In this document: one piece after another, positions 23,797-35,576 of the stretch
Numbering within the stretch: position 1 is the first letter of the stretch
Layout: the number at the start of each line of letters is the position of its first letter
From: Macrostomum lignano
Taxonomy: Eukaryota
Direction: 5' to 3'
Assembly (NCBI GenBank): GCA_002269645.1
Contig: NIVC01000633.1
Location: forward strand, 186,001 to 250,000
DNA length: 64,000 nt
Notes under the pieces: model-generated
What the model was told of the DNA's origin: nothing
Seen by the model: only the letters and a program-made list of their open reading frames with translations
Databases searched by the model: none
Program-made: the position numbers and the translations under genes

Positions 23797-26102
23797 TCAG
23801 CGGACATGGCGATTTAAGCTGCGAGCGCGATGGTTGAACGCGTAGAAGCTGGGCCGGTTGATGTTGTCCCAGACTCTGCAAGTGCAGGTGCATGATTCAT
23901 CAGCTTAGTCAGGTTGTTTGTGTTAGGGTAAACGGCGGGAGTAACTATTACCCTGGTCTAAACAACCTATGCCTCGTCATCTAATCAGTAGTTATTTAAC
24001 CTTCCGCAGCTGAACTGCTCACTTGTTCTCAGGCTCGGCAGCAGCAAATATCACTCTGAAGTCGCCAGCAATGTTAACAATGCCAATGCAGACAATGGCA
24101 AAGCCTAGCAGGCACTCGATGGCAATGTCCAGTGGCAGCTGCTCAAATTCCTCTTCACTAAGTCGCAGGATGCGGCGATCTGTTGTGAGGCCAGGATAAG
24201 GCAGGAAAAGCAACATTAAATGGCCAGCTTTGGCTGCAGACTCTTCTAAAGCATGAAAAAAATTGTTGCACAAATTAAACATTTTATTTGGATAGCTAAA
24301 ATTCAATGCAAATTTTGCTGTAATCCAGCACACTATAACAAATGAAAACAATGCAAAATAAACCATTGACTAAGCATTTAATTATTACATATTTGGTATC
24401 TACTAGATAAACAACTATTGCCCCCTATGAATTATTATAAAAAAATTGCATGCATGGCTTATAACTGGGACTATGGAATTTAGGCCTCTATCTAAGAGCC
24501 CTTGTGTTGCTTCCTCCCAATGTTGCCACTTAAGCTTGAGTAAGTATTTGCATAGGAAGATCAAATTTGCATAGCCGAGCCTGTCTTTTTGGATTCATAA
24601 GTTGGTATAGCATATTTTTTATGCAATAAAAGAGCTTTTTGCAAACTTTCATTGAAGATATCCCTATGCAGATATCTCTTGTACCAAAATATAATAATTG
24701 GTTTTTAAAGTTTTCTACTGGAAAAGAACTATTGCATGGCAATAATATATAGGCAATTTGCTTGCTATACTAGACTAGAGGATGGAATATCAGGTGAAGT
24801 TAGAGTGGAATATGACATGGATTATAGGGTTGATAACTGTCTCATTTATGCAGAAAAAGAAATTTGAAAATTTGCATATTTTTATAAAATTTGCTTAATG
24901 GCAATACTCCCCACTCCTAAATATATATTTCTTTTATAGTACCTAATTTTTGATCAAATGGTACAAGTTTAAAGAAAATTAATTAAGCCATTTTTTCTAA
25001 AAAACAATCACATAGCTAGATAGCTATATACAAACAACTCATTTTTAGTATATAAGACTACTATACAATTTTAGTCATTTTTATTTTATTATACACTTGA
25101 TATCATTAAGACTAGGCCTATACTAGAAATCATGTCATGTAAAATATACTGATATGGTAGAAAGCAGACATCATGGCCATATTATTACTAGAAAATTCTA
25201 GTATATATTCAGTTTGGCCAAAAATGTTGGCATGCATTTGGTTATTGTATAGAAAAAGTAGTATGCTATGGTATAGAATGGCTTGATAGCATAAAATGTG
25301 GCATGATAGTAAGGATATGTCTTCTTCAGATGTGGGATGGAATACTATATATTATTATAATATATCATAGTTCTTAAAAATACTTAAAATATTTGTAATA
25401 TATTTTAATGCTTGTGGCTATAAAATATTCTTAACGCTTTGTTTTTTTCTTGAGCACTTTTTAACCATAATGTTAGATATATTTTATAAAAACATGTAAG
25501 AAATAGAAAGGAAAACAATAATGTGCATAATATGTAGTTGATGAGCATAGTGTAAAATAGGTATGGAAACAAAAAACGATTTGCAATATATTCCTGTGCG
25601 CATCTAACATGATCCAGAATATTGGAGTATCCAAACTCTGGAATATTGTCATATAACTAAAAATCTAGATTTTTACTTAGAATTGCCAAGTTTTTATTAA
25701 AAATAAAATGAATTTTTTTTAATTTTGTGTTTACTTACTATTTCCACTATGACCTTCTTATGGAGACAAAAAACAGTGGCAGATATAGGATTTTATTTTT
25801 TTAAAGTAGCGGGGTAGATTGGCCTAACTTTTTGGGTTGGCCCAAAATAACCCCTAAAAAATAAGACCTAAATAAGCCCGACATAGCAGCCCTAAGACTT
25901 AGACCTCTACATATCATTAAGGTAGGAATATAAAGTCACATTACTATTACAAACAAAGTTAAAAAATTGAATTTCACGAATGTCAGATTGTTACAATTAC
26001 AATACTGTACCACAATAACTCACGCTGTGCGGCGGAATAGGCTGAATGTAGGAGAAGTATAGCACCAACTAAAGTAGCAAACCTGCCATAAGTAAATGTC
26101 AT
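23797..26102 (-). CDS. MMGT1: Membrane magnesium transporter 1 / ER membrane complex subunit 5 (104 aa); exons 26102-26024, 24179-24023, 23875-23797
   Basis: Joined product MTFTYGRFATLVGAILLLHSAYSAAQHRRILRLSEEEFEQLPLDIAIECLLGFAIVCIGIVNIAGDFRVIFAAAEPENKVWDNINRPSFYAFNHRARSLNRHVR* carries the EMC5 motifs HAAFSAAQH, LPxDI, HIAGEF and RPSFYxFNHR; phases 1 and 2 are consistent. Confidence 0.92.
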
Positions 26103-26599
26103 CTTCTATAGCAAAAATGCTGAAATATAAAGAGCTCGAGCCGCAACTGAGTTTATTGCAATGCTCAGTTGGTTGGTGAAGCGACTTTAAGTTTCAGAGA
26201 AATCGGAGGCAGTTTGAAAAATCGGCGTAACACTTTCTGATAGTTAAACGCAATCTGTAGTACTTAATTTAGTATATATTTCATTAGGCTAGTTTCAGTA
26301 TATAAAACATGCATTGAATCTTAACTAAAAAGCATTGTCTAGTCATTACCTTTGTGTAAATAAAAAAGACGATATTTAAAAGCATAGACTTGATAATTAA
26401 TTTTCGTGGCAGAAAGTCTAAACAAACCATATTTAGTAGTACATGGATTTGAGATTTAGTTATATAGATAGAAGAAGACAGACAGACCTTAGAGATTTAG
26501 TATAATGTGATGATCACCTTTTTCGTCGGTGGCGCTCAAAGTTAAACTAGGCTAGGGGTCATCTAGCAGATGTCGAGGTCCAAGTCCGACAAAATTTCA

Positions 26600-26885
26600 T
26601 GTTGTATTTTTTTACTTGCTTTGTTTACTTTGTGAATAACAGGCTTATTTTATATCCATATTAAAAATGGTTTGTCTTGTCGGTAAGTAGGTATCTCTCT
26701 TATCTATCTATCTATTGGTGTGAACGATTTTGGAAAACGCTACTCAAACGATTTTCATGAGACTTGCACTGTTCGATCAGAAATTTTCTGGTGACAGTAC
26801 ACCTGTCGTGGCTAAGAAATTGCTCAATGCTAAATCATTGGGTGCGATGGGTGGTACAGTTGCAAATTGGGGCAGTAGCTAATGG
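26600..26885 (+). mobile_element. Possible Helentron-associated non-autonomous element (HINE/DINE-1-like) fragment
   Basis: Short (TATC)n tract followed by AAACGCTACTCAAACGATTTTCATGAGACTTG, resembling the recalled HINE core aaactactcaaccgattttcatgaaa; boundaries uncertain. Confidence 0.35.
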
Positions 26886-27732
26886 GCCCAATTAATTAAG
26901 ACTCATTTGGCAAAGATAATATAAAATATAAATATATTTATATTTATACCAATTCACAATTGTTAGTGAGTCAAGTATTTAAAAAACAAAGTTTTTAATG
27001 CCCAGCCCACCATTTTTAATGGTGGGTTAATTTGAATACCTACCATTGGGGCTTATTGTTGTAGTATGCTCATGTAAACTTAACAATACCAAAAAGTTGC
27101 CATCTCAGGTTCTGTCTGTGGTTGCCTTTTTTAAAAGTGCAAATAAAGCCTCTTGTTGGACTTTGACTGACTCTTTTGACTGATCTTTTATGGACTGTGG
27201 GCTCTGGGGTCAGTGCTTGGGGTGGGTTATTTGTCTGGTGAGGGTTTGCATATTCTATATACATCATTGTTGTTCATTCTTTATTCTATCCATTATGCAT
27301 GTCTTATCTCTGTCACCTACCCAATGCTATGTTGCAATGCTTATTGAAATGTGTTTCTGATCAAAGGTTGACTTCAATAGACTTTTGTCACTACTTGAGA
27401 GCTAAAGCTATTGACTTTCATCTCTCTTCTTTGCAAGTAACATAACTTGCTACGCCACTGCAGGTTTGAGTTGAGGAATGAAGTGGGGGAGGGGTGCAGT
27501 GTGTAAAGGTTTTATTGGATAGATTAAAGCTACCCAATCAGTTTTCTGGTATCTTTTATTTTAGAACAGTCCAACAAAAATTGGACTAAAGAACACTGAT
27601 ACATAGAATGGCAACTTTTCAATGTTGCTAAATATATATTGATAAAATTGATTTGGAAGTGGGTCAAATATTCAAAAATGATTTTTCATACTTTCAATGT
27701 TTGAATTTTGAATTTGAATACCCCCCATGGGG

Positions 27733-28101
27733 AAGGGGGCCGTAGCCCAGTGGTAGCGCAGCTGCTCTGGTGTGCCAGCGACCCAGGCTCGATTCCAAAT
27801 GCAGTCACATTAATTTGGGACTGAATTGGAATCTTGGCTTGGCTATGCTCATGCAATTAACGGCCTTGAGAGCCAGCCCCCCCAAGGCGCAGTGAAGTGT
27901 ATATGCCTAACAATAATATAAAGTTAGGGCCGCTGTACACTCCTGTGTGAGTGTGTGCCTGCGTACGTATCCGCACGCTTGTATGCCTGCTCAGGGGAGT
28001 CAGCGAAATGGGCAGCAATGCCTTTCGCTGGTTGTGTGCCTATGTTGCTTAAAGTGCGCCAGGGTGCACACAACCCCCCTGCCTCTAATAAAATAAAACC
28101 T
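27733..28101 (+). mobile_element. tRNA-derived SINE (~370 bp) with A/B boxes, A-rich tail and 8-bp TSD CCATGGGG
   Basis: Head GGGGCCGTAGCCCAGTGGTAGCGC...GGCTCGATTCC; tail AATAAAATAAAA; direct repeats CCATGGGG at 27725-27732 and 28102-28109. Confidence 0.7.
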
Positions 28102-28472
28102 CCATGGGGTGCTTAAAGCACTAGTTAATGCTAATTTTGGCCTTTGTAATAAATTTTTGTTTATTGGAAATTTTATTATTAACCAAATGTTTAGTGGCAA
28201 AAAAAGACATTAGTAGGAGTTTTATTTATATTTTTTTCAAAATTGGCACATTTCAAAATTAGTAGATTTTATTTTATTAAAATAATAGTTTATTTGTTTA
28301 TTTAATAGTTTATTTAATAGTTCCCTTGCCACTATTAGGGATATGAACCATTGCTATCATTATATAGGATTCAATTGTAGTTAGAAGTCATTTCTCAGTC
28401 AATCAACAAAACTTGCTGCAGCCTCAGCAGCCAGGCTGCCTGCCCACAGCTCTCCAGTGCCCCTAGCCAGAA

Positions 28473-29033
28473 ATGCCAGTCTTCATAGTCATGGGCCCAT
28501 CTGGCTGTGGCAAGACCTCAATAGCTGCAGCCATGGCCAGCCACTTTGGTCTGCCATACGCCGAGGCAGACGAATTTCACAGCGAGGCCAACCAGTCGAA
28601 GATGAGGCGCGGCGAGCCGCTGACAGATGCAGATCGGCTGCCCTGGCTGCTGGAGCTGCACAGGCGGGTGGCTGATTGGCTGGCTGCTGGCCAGGATGCT
28701 GTGATTACCTGCTCGGCATTGAAGCGCTCCTACCGACGCCTGCTGATGACGGGCCGCAGCGATGAGGCGTCGGCAGTGTCAACAGACGCTGATGCCTCTG
28801 CTGTGCTGTTCATTCACCTGGCCGTGCCGCGGGAGACTCTGCTGGCCCGGGTGGCGGCCAGGCGGGGCCATTTCTTCCCTGCTGGCCTGGTGGAGTCGCA
28901 GCTGGCCTGTCTGGAGCCGCCAGACCCGGCCGAGGAGCCAGCGGTGCTGGTTGACGCTGACAGGCCCGAGCCTGCCGTGCTGCAGGCTGTGATTGGCGCC
29001 GTGGCTCAGAGGCTGCAGCCGCACCGGTTTTAG
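28473..29033 (+). CDS. IDNK: Gluconokinase (GntK/IdnK family), 186 aa, intronless
   Basis: P-loop VMGPSGCGKT, EADEFH..N..KMRRGEPLTDADRLPWL, CSALKRSYR, HFFPAGLVESQLACLEPP. Confidence 0.95.
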   Translation: MPVFIVMGPSGCGKTSIAAAMASHFGLPYAEADEFHSEANQSKMRRGEPLTDADRLPWLLELHRRVADWLAAGQDAVITCSALKRSYRRLLMTGRSDEASAVSTDADASAVLFIHLAVPRETLLARVAARRGHFFPAGLVESQLACLEPPDPAEEPAVLVDADRPEPAVLQAVIGAVAQRLQPHRF

Positions 29034-29104
29034 CAAAGGAGTCCGTGTCTTTGAAAGTGTTGCTTCCTTTATTTGCATTTGCACTGACGGCAATATTTCA
29101 CTAC

Positions 29105-29365
29105 TGTTAGAGTAGCTCAGCAGTTGAGTAGCTCAGCAGTTGAGTAGCTCAGCAGTTAAGTAGCTCAGCAGTTGAGTAGCTCAGCAGTTAAGTAGCTCAG
29201 CGGTAGCTCAGCAGTTGAGTAGCTCAGCAGTTGAGTAGCTCAGCAGTTGACTAGCTCAGCAGTTGACTAGCTAAGCGGTAGAGTAGCTCAACGGCTAACC
29301 TATCTGTCTTTCTCACCAAAGTAGTCGGGGGTTCGATTCCGAGAGCGGTCACTTCACTAGTTTTT
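29105..29365 (+). other. tRNA-like Pol III cassette whose A-box segment is tandemly amplified (16-bp AGTAGCTCAGCAGTTG, ~12 copies) ahead of one B box (GGTTCGATTCC) and a TTTTT run
   Basis: TAGCTCAG (A-box-like) in each unit; B box at ~29330-29340; T5 at 29361-29365. No full cloverleaf, so not called a tRNA gene. Confidence 0.6.
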
Positions 29366-29789
29366 GAAATTTGCAGAAAAAAATAAGCCAGTGGCTTGTA
29401 CGATTTATGAAATAGCTTACGCATTCTTGCTTGCTACTGAAAGTAGAGGCAACTGTTATGCATTTTAGATCTACCATTTAAAAAGTATTCATCACACTTG
29501 AATCCGTAGGGGCTTATGCGTACCTTAAGCTTTTAATTGAAAACATAATGCTTAGAAAATCATGATTTTTTATCTGAGGCTCTCTCAGAGGAACTTTCGA
29601 ATTTTCAAAGTGACTAAATCCTAGCGCGTTTGCCTCCTGCTAGATGCTTTATAATAATGTGCAATTGCTAGTTTAATGAGTTTTTCATGCGTCATTTTTC
29701 ACTACTTTCAGTACGCATAAGAGAATTTGTAACCGTTTTTATGTCTCTTGTCATTTCTTTAAAATGAAATCGTTTAGACTGTTAAAAGC

Positions 29790-30238
29790 ACTGGCTTCCC
29801 TCCAATCTGTGCCCACATCTCAATGTACACACTGGCTTCCCTCCAATCTGCGCCCACCCATCAATGTACACACTGGCTTCCCTCCAATCTGCGCCCACCC
29901 CTCAATGTACACACTGGCTTCCCTCCAATATGTGCCCACCCCTCAATGTACACACTGGCTTCCCTCCAATCTGTGCCTACCCCTCAATGTACACACTGGC
30001 TTCCCTCCAATCTGTGCCCACCCCTCAATGTACACACTGGCTTCCCTCCAATCTGCGCCCACCCCTCAATGTACACACTGGCTTCCCTCCAATCTGCGCC
30101 CACCCCTCAATGTACACACTGGCTTCCCTCCAATCTGCGCCCACCCCTCAATGTACACACTGGCTTCCCTCCAATCTGTGCCCACCCCTCAATGTACACA
30201 CTAGCTTCCCTCCAATCTGCGCCCACCCCTCAATGTAC
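29790..30238. repeat. 41-bp minisatellite (GTACACACTGGCTTCCCTCCAATCTGCGCCCACCCCTCAAT), ~11 copies
   Basis: Direct reading. Confidence 0.95.
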
Positions 30239-30794
30239 AGTCTTGCCCATCTAACACAGCCGAATTTAAATCCGATGGACCCTCTTATCCGCACTTACAC
30301 AGCCCACATATCTATAATTCATAGCGACAGAGAGATTTATCTCACAAACAGTCAAGCATTGCAATGCCAAGGCAAAGGATCATGCAGACATGCAATGCGG
30401 GCGCCCTCAAAGACTATGGCACAGGGTTGCTCAAATTCATTTGGCCATCAACAATCACGCCTGTCCCGCCCTACTTGTTGTTTGTCCTAATCCCTTTAAA
30501 TGGAAATAGGCTCAAGTCAGATTGTATTACACTCAGTTTTAATCAAATCTTGCTCATATCTTTGTGACGCGATGCTTTGAGAGAGAGAAAGCAATAAATT
30601 TGAAATTCTAGAAGTGGCTACATTTGCTAATCGCATTCGCTCCATTTCTAGCTGCTTTTTTATGGATTGCCTCTGTTCTTGTTTTTTCAGTGGCAATGCA
30701 CTTTCCCTGCTGTAGTGGCGTTTTTGCATCTCTGAGATAATCACTGAGTGTAGAGTGATGCGCTCTCCAGCTGAGTACTGATATCATATCTGCT

Positions 30795-32290
30795 GCTTTC
30801 ACTCTCAGACTCTGCCTTTCACTCTGCTCACTCTCAGACTGCCTTTCACTCTGTTAACTCTCAGACTCTGCCTTTCACTCTGCTCACTCTCAGACTGCCT
30901 TTCACTCTGTTAACTCTCAGACTCTGCCTTTCACTCTGCTGCTTTGAATCTCAGACTCTGCCTTTCACTTTGCTCACTCTCAGACTCTGCCTTTCACTCT
31001 GCTCACTCTCAGACTGCCTTTCACTCTGTTAACTCTCAGACTCTGCCTTTCACTCTGCTGCTTTGAATCTCAGACTCTGCCTTTCACTCTGCTCACTCTC
31101 AGACTCTGCCTTTCACTCTGCTCACTCTCAGACTGCCTTTCACTCTGTTAACCCTCAGACTGCCTTTCACTCTGCTCACTCTCAGACTCCGCCTTTCACT
31201 CTGCTCACTCTCAGACTTTGCCTTTCACTCTGCTCACTCTCAAAACTCTGCCTTTCACTCTGCTCACTCTCAGACTGCCTTTCACTCTGCTCACTCTCAG
31301 ACTGCCTTTCACTCTGCTCACTCTCAGACTGCCTTTCACTCTGTTAACTCTCAGACTGCCTTTCACTCTGCTCACTCTCAGACTCTGCCTTTCACTCTGC
31401 TCACTATCAGACTGCCTTTCACTCTGCTCACTCTCAGACTGCCTTTCACTCTGTTAACTCTCAGACTGCCTTTCACTCTGCTCACTCTCAGACTGCCTTT
31501 CACTCTGCTCACTCTCAGACTCTGCCTTTCACTCTGCTCACTCTCAGACTGCCTTTCACTCTGCTCACTCTCAGACTCTGCCTTTCACTCTGCTCACTCT
31601 CAGACTCTGCCTTTCACTCTGCTCACTCTCAGACTGCCTTTCACTCTGTTAACTCTCAGACTGCCTTTCACTCTGCTCACTCTCAGACTCTGCCTTTCAC
31701 TCTGCTCACTCTCAGACTGCCTTTCACTCTGCTCACTCTCAGACTGCCTTTCACTCTGCTCACTCTCAGACTGCCTTTCACTCTGCTCACTCTCAGACTC
31801 TGCCTTTCACTCTGCTCACTCTCAGACTGCCTTTCACTCTGTTAACTCTCAGACTGCCTTTCACTCTGCTCACTCTCAGACTGCCTTTCACTCTGCTCAC
31901 TCTCAGACTGCCTTTCACTCTGCTCACTCTCAGACTTTGCCTTTCACTCTGCTCACTCTCAAAACTCTGCCTTTCACTCTGTTCACTCTCAGACTTTGCC
32001 TTTCACTCTGCTCACTCTCAGACTGCCTTTCACTCTGCTCACTCTCAGACTTTGCCTTTCACTCTGCTCACTCTCAGACTGCCTTTCACTCTGCTCACTC
32101 TCAGACTTTGCCTTTCACTCTTCTCACTCTCAGACTTTGCCTTTCACTCTGCTCACTATCAGACTGCCTTTCATTCTGCTCAGTCTCAGACTGCCTTTCA
32201 CTCTTCTCACTCTCAGACTCTGCCTCTCACTCTGCTCACTCTCAGACTCTGCCTTTCACTCTGCTGCTTTCACTCTTCTTTCACTCTGAT
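30795..32290. repeat. 27/29-bp minisatellite (CTCTCAGACTGCCTTTCACTCTGCTCA)
   Basis: Direct reading. Confidence 0.95.
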
Positions 32291-32373
32291 TCCCAGAATA
32301 AACTTTCTCTCCGACTCACCAATCTCACTGACTAACATTTCAGAAACCTACTACCCGCTCTAGCCCCGATTTT

Positions 32374-32904
32374 ATGACATTTTTCATGCCTTTGGCAGCC
32401 AGCCCGGACCGCGCAAGGCGTTACAGTAACAGCAGCAGCAGTAGCAGCGGCAGCAACAGCAGCACCAGAGCGGCCCTGCTGCCATCGCGCTTGCAGACCC
32501 GGGAGCCGCCTCAGCCTGCAGCAGCAGCAGCAGCATCCGCCACCGCACAGTCCGCCGCCCCCAGCCTCACCGAGTCGGCGGAAATCCCGGAGGAAGCCGG
32601 CCACAGCTCGGCGGCCGTCACGGAGCCTCCAGCCGCCGACATGCGGTTGTCATCCGCCTGCCGCCCCGCCTGCTGCTGCTGCGGCCTCGGCCGACGTGCC
32701 CGCCATCGTTTGGCTGGCGGTGCCGACTTTGTCCGGCGACACCTGGCCTTCGCCCTGGCCCCGGCCGCCTGCCTGCTGGCCGTGGAATCCGGCGGGCTCG
32801 TAGCCTTTGCAGTGCTGCTGCTTGGAGCGCTGCTGGGCCTCCTCAGCCTCGAGGCCTACCTGGTCTACTGTAGGAATGAGCCTCCCGAGTCCAGGTGTGA
32901 CAGA

Positions 32905-32989
<85 letters not shown>

Positions 32990-33026
32990 TAGACAGACAG
33001 ACATATAGACAGACTGACAGACAGGC

Positions 33027-33062
<36 letters not shown>

Positions 33063-33190
33063 TCTAAGACAGGCACCATGACGGACAGACAGACACTAAT
33101 ACAGACACTGACAGACAGACAGACACTAATACAGACACTGACAGACAGACAGACAGACAGACAGACATATAGACAGACTGACAGACAGGC

Positions 33191-33226
<36 letters not shown>

Positions 33227-33352
33227 TCTAAGACAGGCACCATGACGGACAGACAGACACTAATACAGACACTGACAGACAGACAGACACTAATACAGAC
33301 ACTGACAGACAGACAGACAGACAGACAGACGACAGACACTAATACAGACACT

Positions 33353-33415
<63 letters not shown>

Positions 33416-34944
33416 GACAGACACTAATACAGACACTGACAGACAGACAGACAGACGACAGACACTATGACGGATTAAGACAGACACTAAGACATCACTG
33501 AGACTCTAATACAAACACCATGACAGACAGACAGACACTAAGACAGACCCTGTCCCCCCAACCCCCCAGGTACTTCGTCGACCACCCGTCCCGCTATGGG
33601 CTGCCGTCCCAGACGGTTTTTCTGGACAGCGGGCGGGGGGCGCGGCTGCACTGCTACTTCATCAAGCAGCCGGGCGACTCTACCCGCCTGCCCACGCTGC
33701 TCTTCCTGCACGGCAACGCGGGCAACATCGGGCACCGCCTGCCCAACGCGGCGCTGCTGTTCCACCAGTGCCGGGTGAATCTCTTCCTGCTGGAGTACCG
33801 AGGCTACGGCATCAGCACCGGGGCTCCCTCCGAGACCGGCCTGTACGCCGACGCCGCCGCAGCGCTGCAGCACCTGAGCCGGCGCTCCGACATCGACCCG
33901 CAGCGCGTGCTGCTGTTTGGCCGGTCCCTCGGTGGCGCGGTGGCCATCGAGCTTGCAGCCCGGCCGGAGACCGCCGCCCTGCTCAGCGGCCTGGTGCTGG
34001 AGAACACCTTCACCAGCCTGCCCGAGGCCGCCAGCGTGCTGTTCAGGCTGCCGCTGCTCAGCTCCCTGCCCGGCCTGGTCATGACCAACAGGTAAGCCTT
34101 GTCCCTACAGATCCCATCTACAGATCCATCCCTACAGATCCCATCCCTACAGATCCTATCCCTACAATCCCATCTCTACAGATCCATCCCTACAGATCCC
34201 ATCCCTACAGATCCTATCCCTACAATCCCATCTCTACAGATCCCATCCCTACAATCCCATCTCTACAGATCCCATCCCTACAGATCCCATCTCTACAGAT
34301 CCCATCCCTACAGATCCCATCTCTACAGATCTTATCCCTACAGATCCTATCTCTACAGATCTTATCCCTACAGATCCCATCCCAACCGATCCCATCTCAA
34401 CAAATCCATCTCAACAGATCCCATCTCAACAATCTCATCCCTACAGATCCCATCCCAACAAATTCCGTCCTAAAAAATCGCACCGAAACACCCACCAGGT
34501 TGAAATATCCCACTCCTACTTGTGCTACATCTAGAGCTCAATCAACTCCCCATCCTCAGGTTCAACTCCCGTGCCAAAATGCCGTCTGTCCGCGTGCCGA
34601 CGCTGTTCATCAGCGGGCTGCGGGACACCCTGATCCCGCCCGCCATGTCCGCCTGCCTGCACAGCCTCTGCGGCTCCGGCGTCCGCCGCCTGGAGACCTT
34701 CGAGTCCGGGGAGCACAACACCACCTGGCAGTGCGCCGGCTACTTCCAGCGCCTCGCCGGCTTCCTGCACTTCGCCTCCGAGATGGCGCCGCAGCGCGAG
34801 GACTGGCACGCCGGCCAGCACTCCGAGGACGAGGAGGACCAGTCGGCGGGCGCCGCTGCCGCTGCCGCCTCAGCCACCTCCGCTGCTGGCGGAGCTTCCG
34901 CCGGAACCGCCGCAGATGACATTCCGACAATTACTGTGCTGTGA
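32374..34944 (+). CDS. ABHD13: Alpha/beta hydrolase domain-containing protein 13 (up to 475 aa); exons 32374-32894, 33570-34091, 34560-34944; the true start codon may be downstream (e.g. ATG at 32641)
   Basis: LFLHGNAGNIGHRLPNA, LEYRGYG, nucleophile elbow FGRSLGGAVA, ENTFTS, LFISGLRDTLIPP, GEHNTTWQC; N-terminal TM segment; phase-2 GT-AG junctions. Confidence 0.93.
32898..33548. repeat. (GACA)n compound microsatellite making up almost all of ABHD13 intron 1
   Basis: Direct reading. Confidence 0.95.
34105..34460. repeat. 15-bp minisatellite (TACAGATCCCATCCC), ABHD13 intron 2
   Basis: Direct reading. Confidence 0.9.
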
Positions 34945-35576
34945 CTCTGTACGGAACTGCGCTGCTGCTGCTAGGGATAGCAGGTCACCTGGACAAGAGG
35001 ATATTTATCCCTTAGACTGGGATATTAACCCCTTAGACATGGGATATTTATCCCTTTGACATGGGATATTTATCAATTAGACATGGCGATATTTTTGGGC
35101 ATGGAAATATTACCTGGACATGGATATTCCAGGGGATATTTACCTGGGCATGGCGATATTCACCTGAGTATGGGGACATGCTTATTTGGGCACTGGGATG
35201 AGTTCACCCGAACAGCAGGCCGCGCGATCCCCTCCCTCATCTCTCTTTTCCTGGCAGCGAAAGAGGATTTTGTTTCCCATCCCGAGTTCGTGCCTTCATT
35301 TATCAAGTGTAGAGTAGAGCAAATATGATGAATTTATGATCCTCTTGATGGCTTGCGACGCGACCTTCGGTGTTCCTTTGTCCCGGCACTGTGTGTATTT
35401 TATGCTTGTCTGCTGCTTGCTTTTAGTAGCAATTTTCAAATTGCTGCTGTATGAGAATATGTCATAGCCTGCAGTGCCGCACTGCCCGTCTCATCTATAT
35501 TGGCCCCCGCTCTGTCACGCAACGCCACTTTGCAGCTTGTTTTTTGCTCGCTATCTCTGTTAATAAATGCAATACC

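Noticed and set aside
24180-24366. N-terminal part of the 115-aa ORF as MMGT1 exon 1
   Set aside because: The real exon 1 (26102-26024, ...HSAYSAAQ) matches the family and splices in phase to the acceptor at 24179; 24180-24366 is intronic read-through.
27735-27800. Possible tRNA gene
   Set aside because: A and B boxes are present but I could not form anticodon and acceptor stems; it continues into a SINE body with tail and TSD.
30270-30790. Short ORFs in unique sequence between satellites
   Set aside because: No recognisable motif, codon bias or splice pattern; cannot be supported without a database search.
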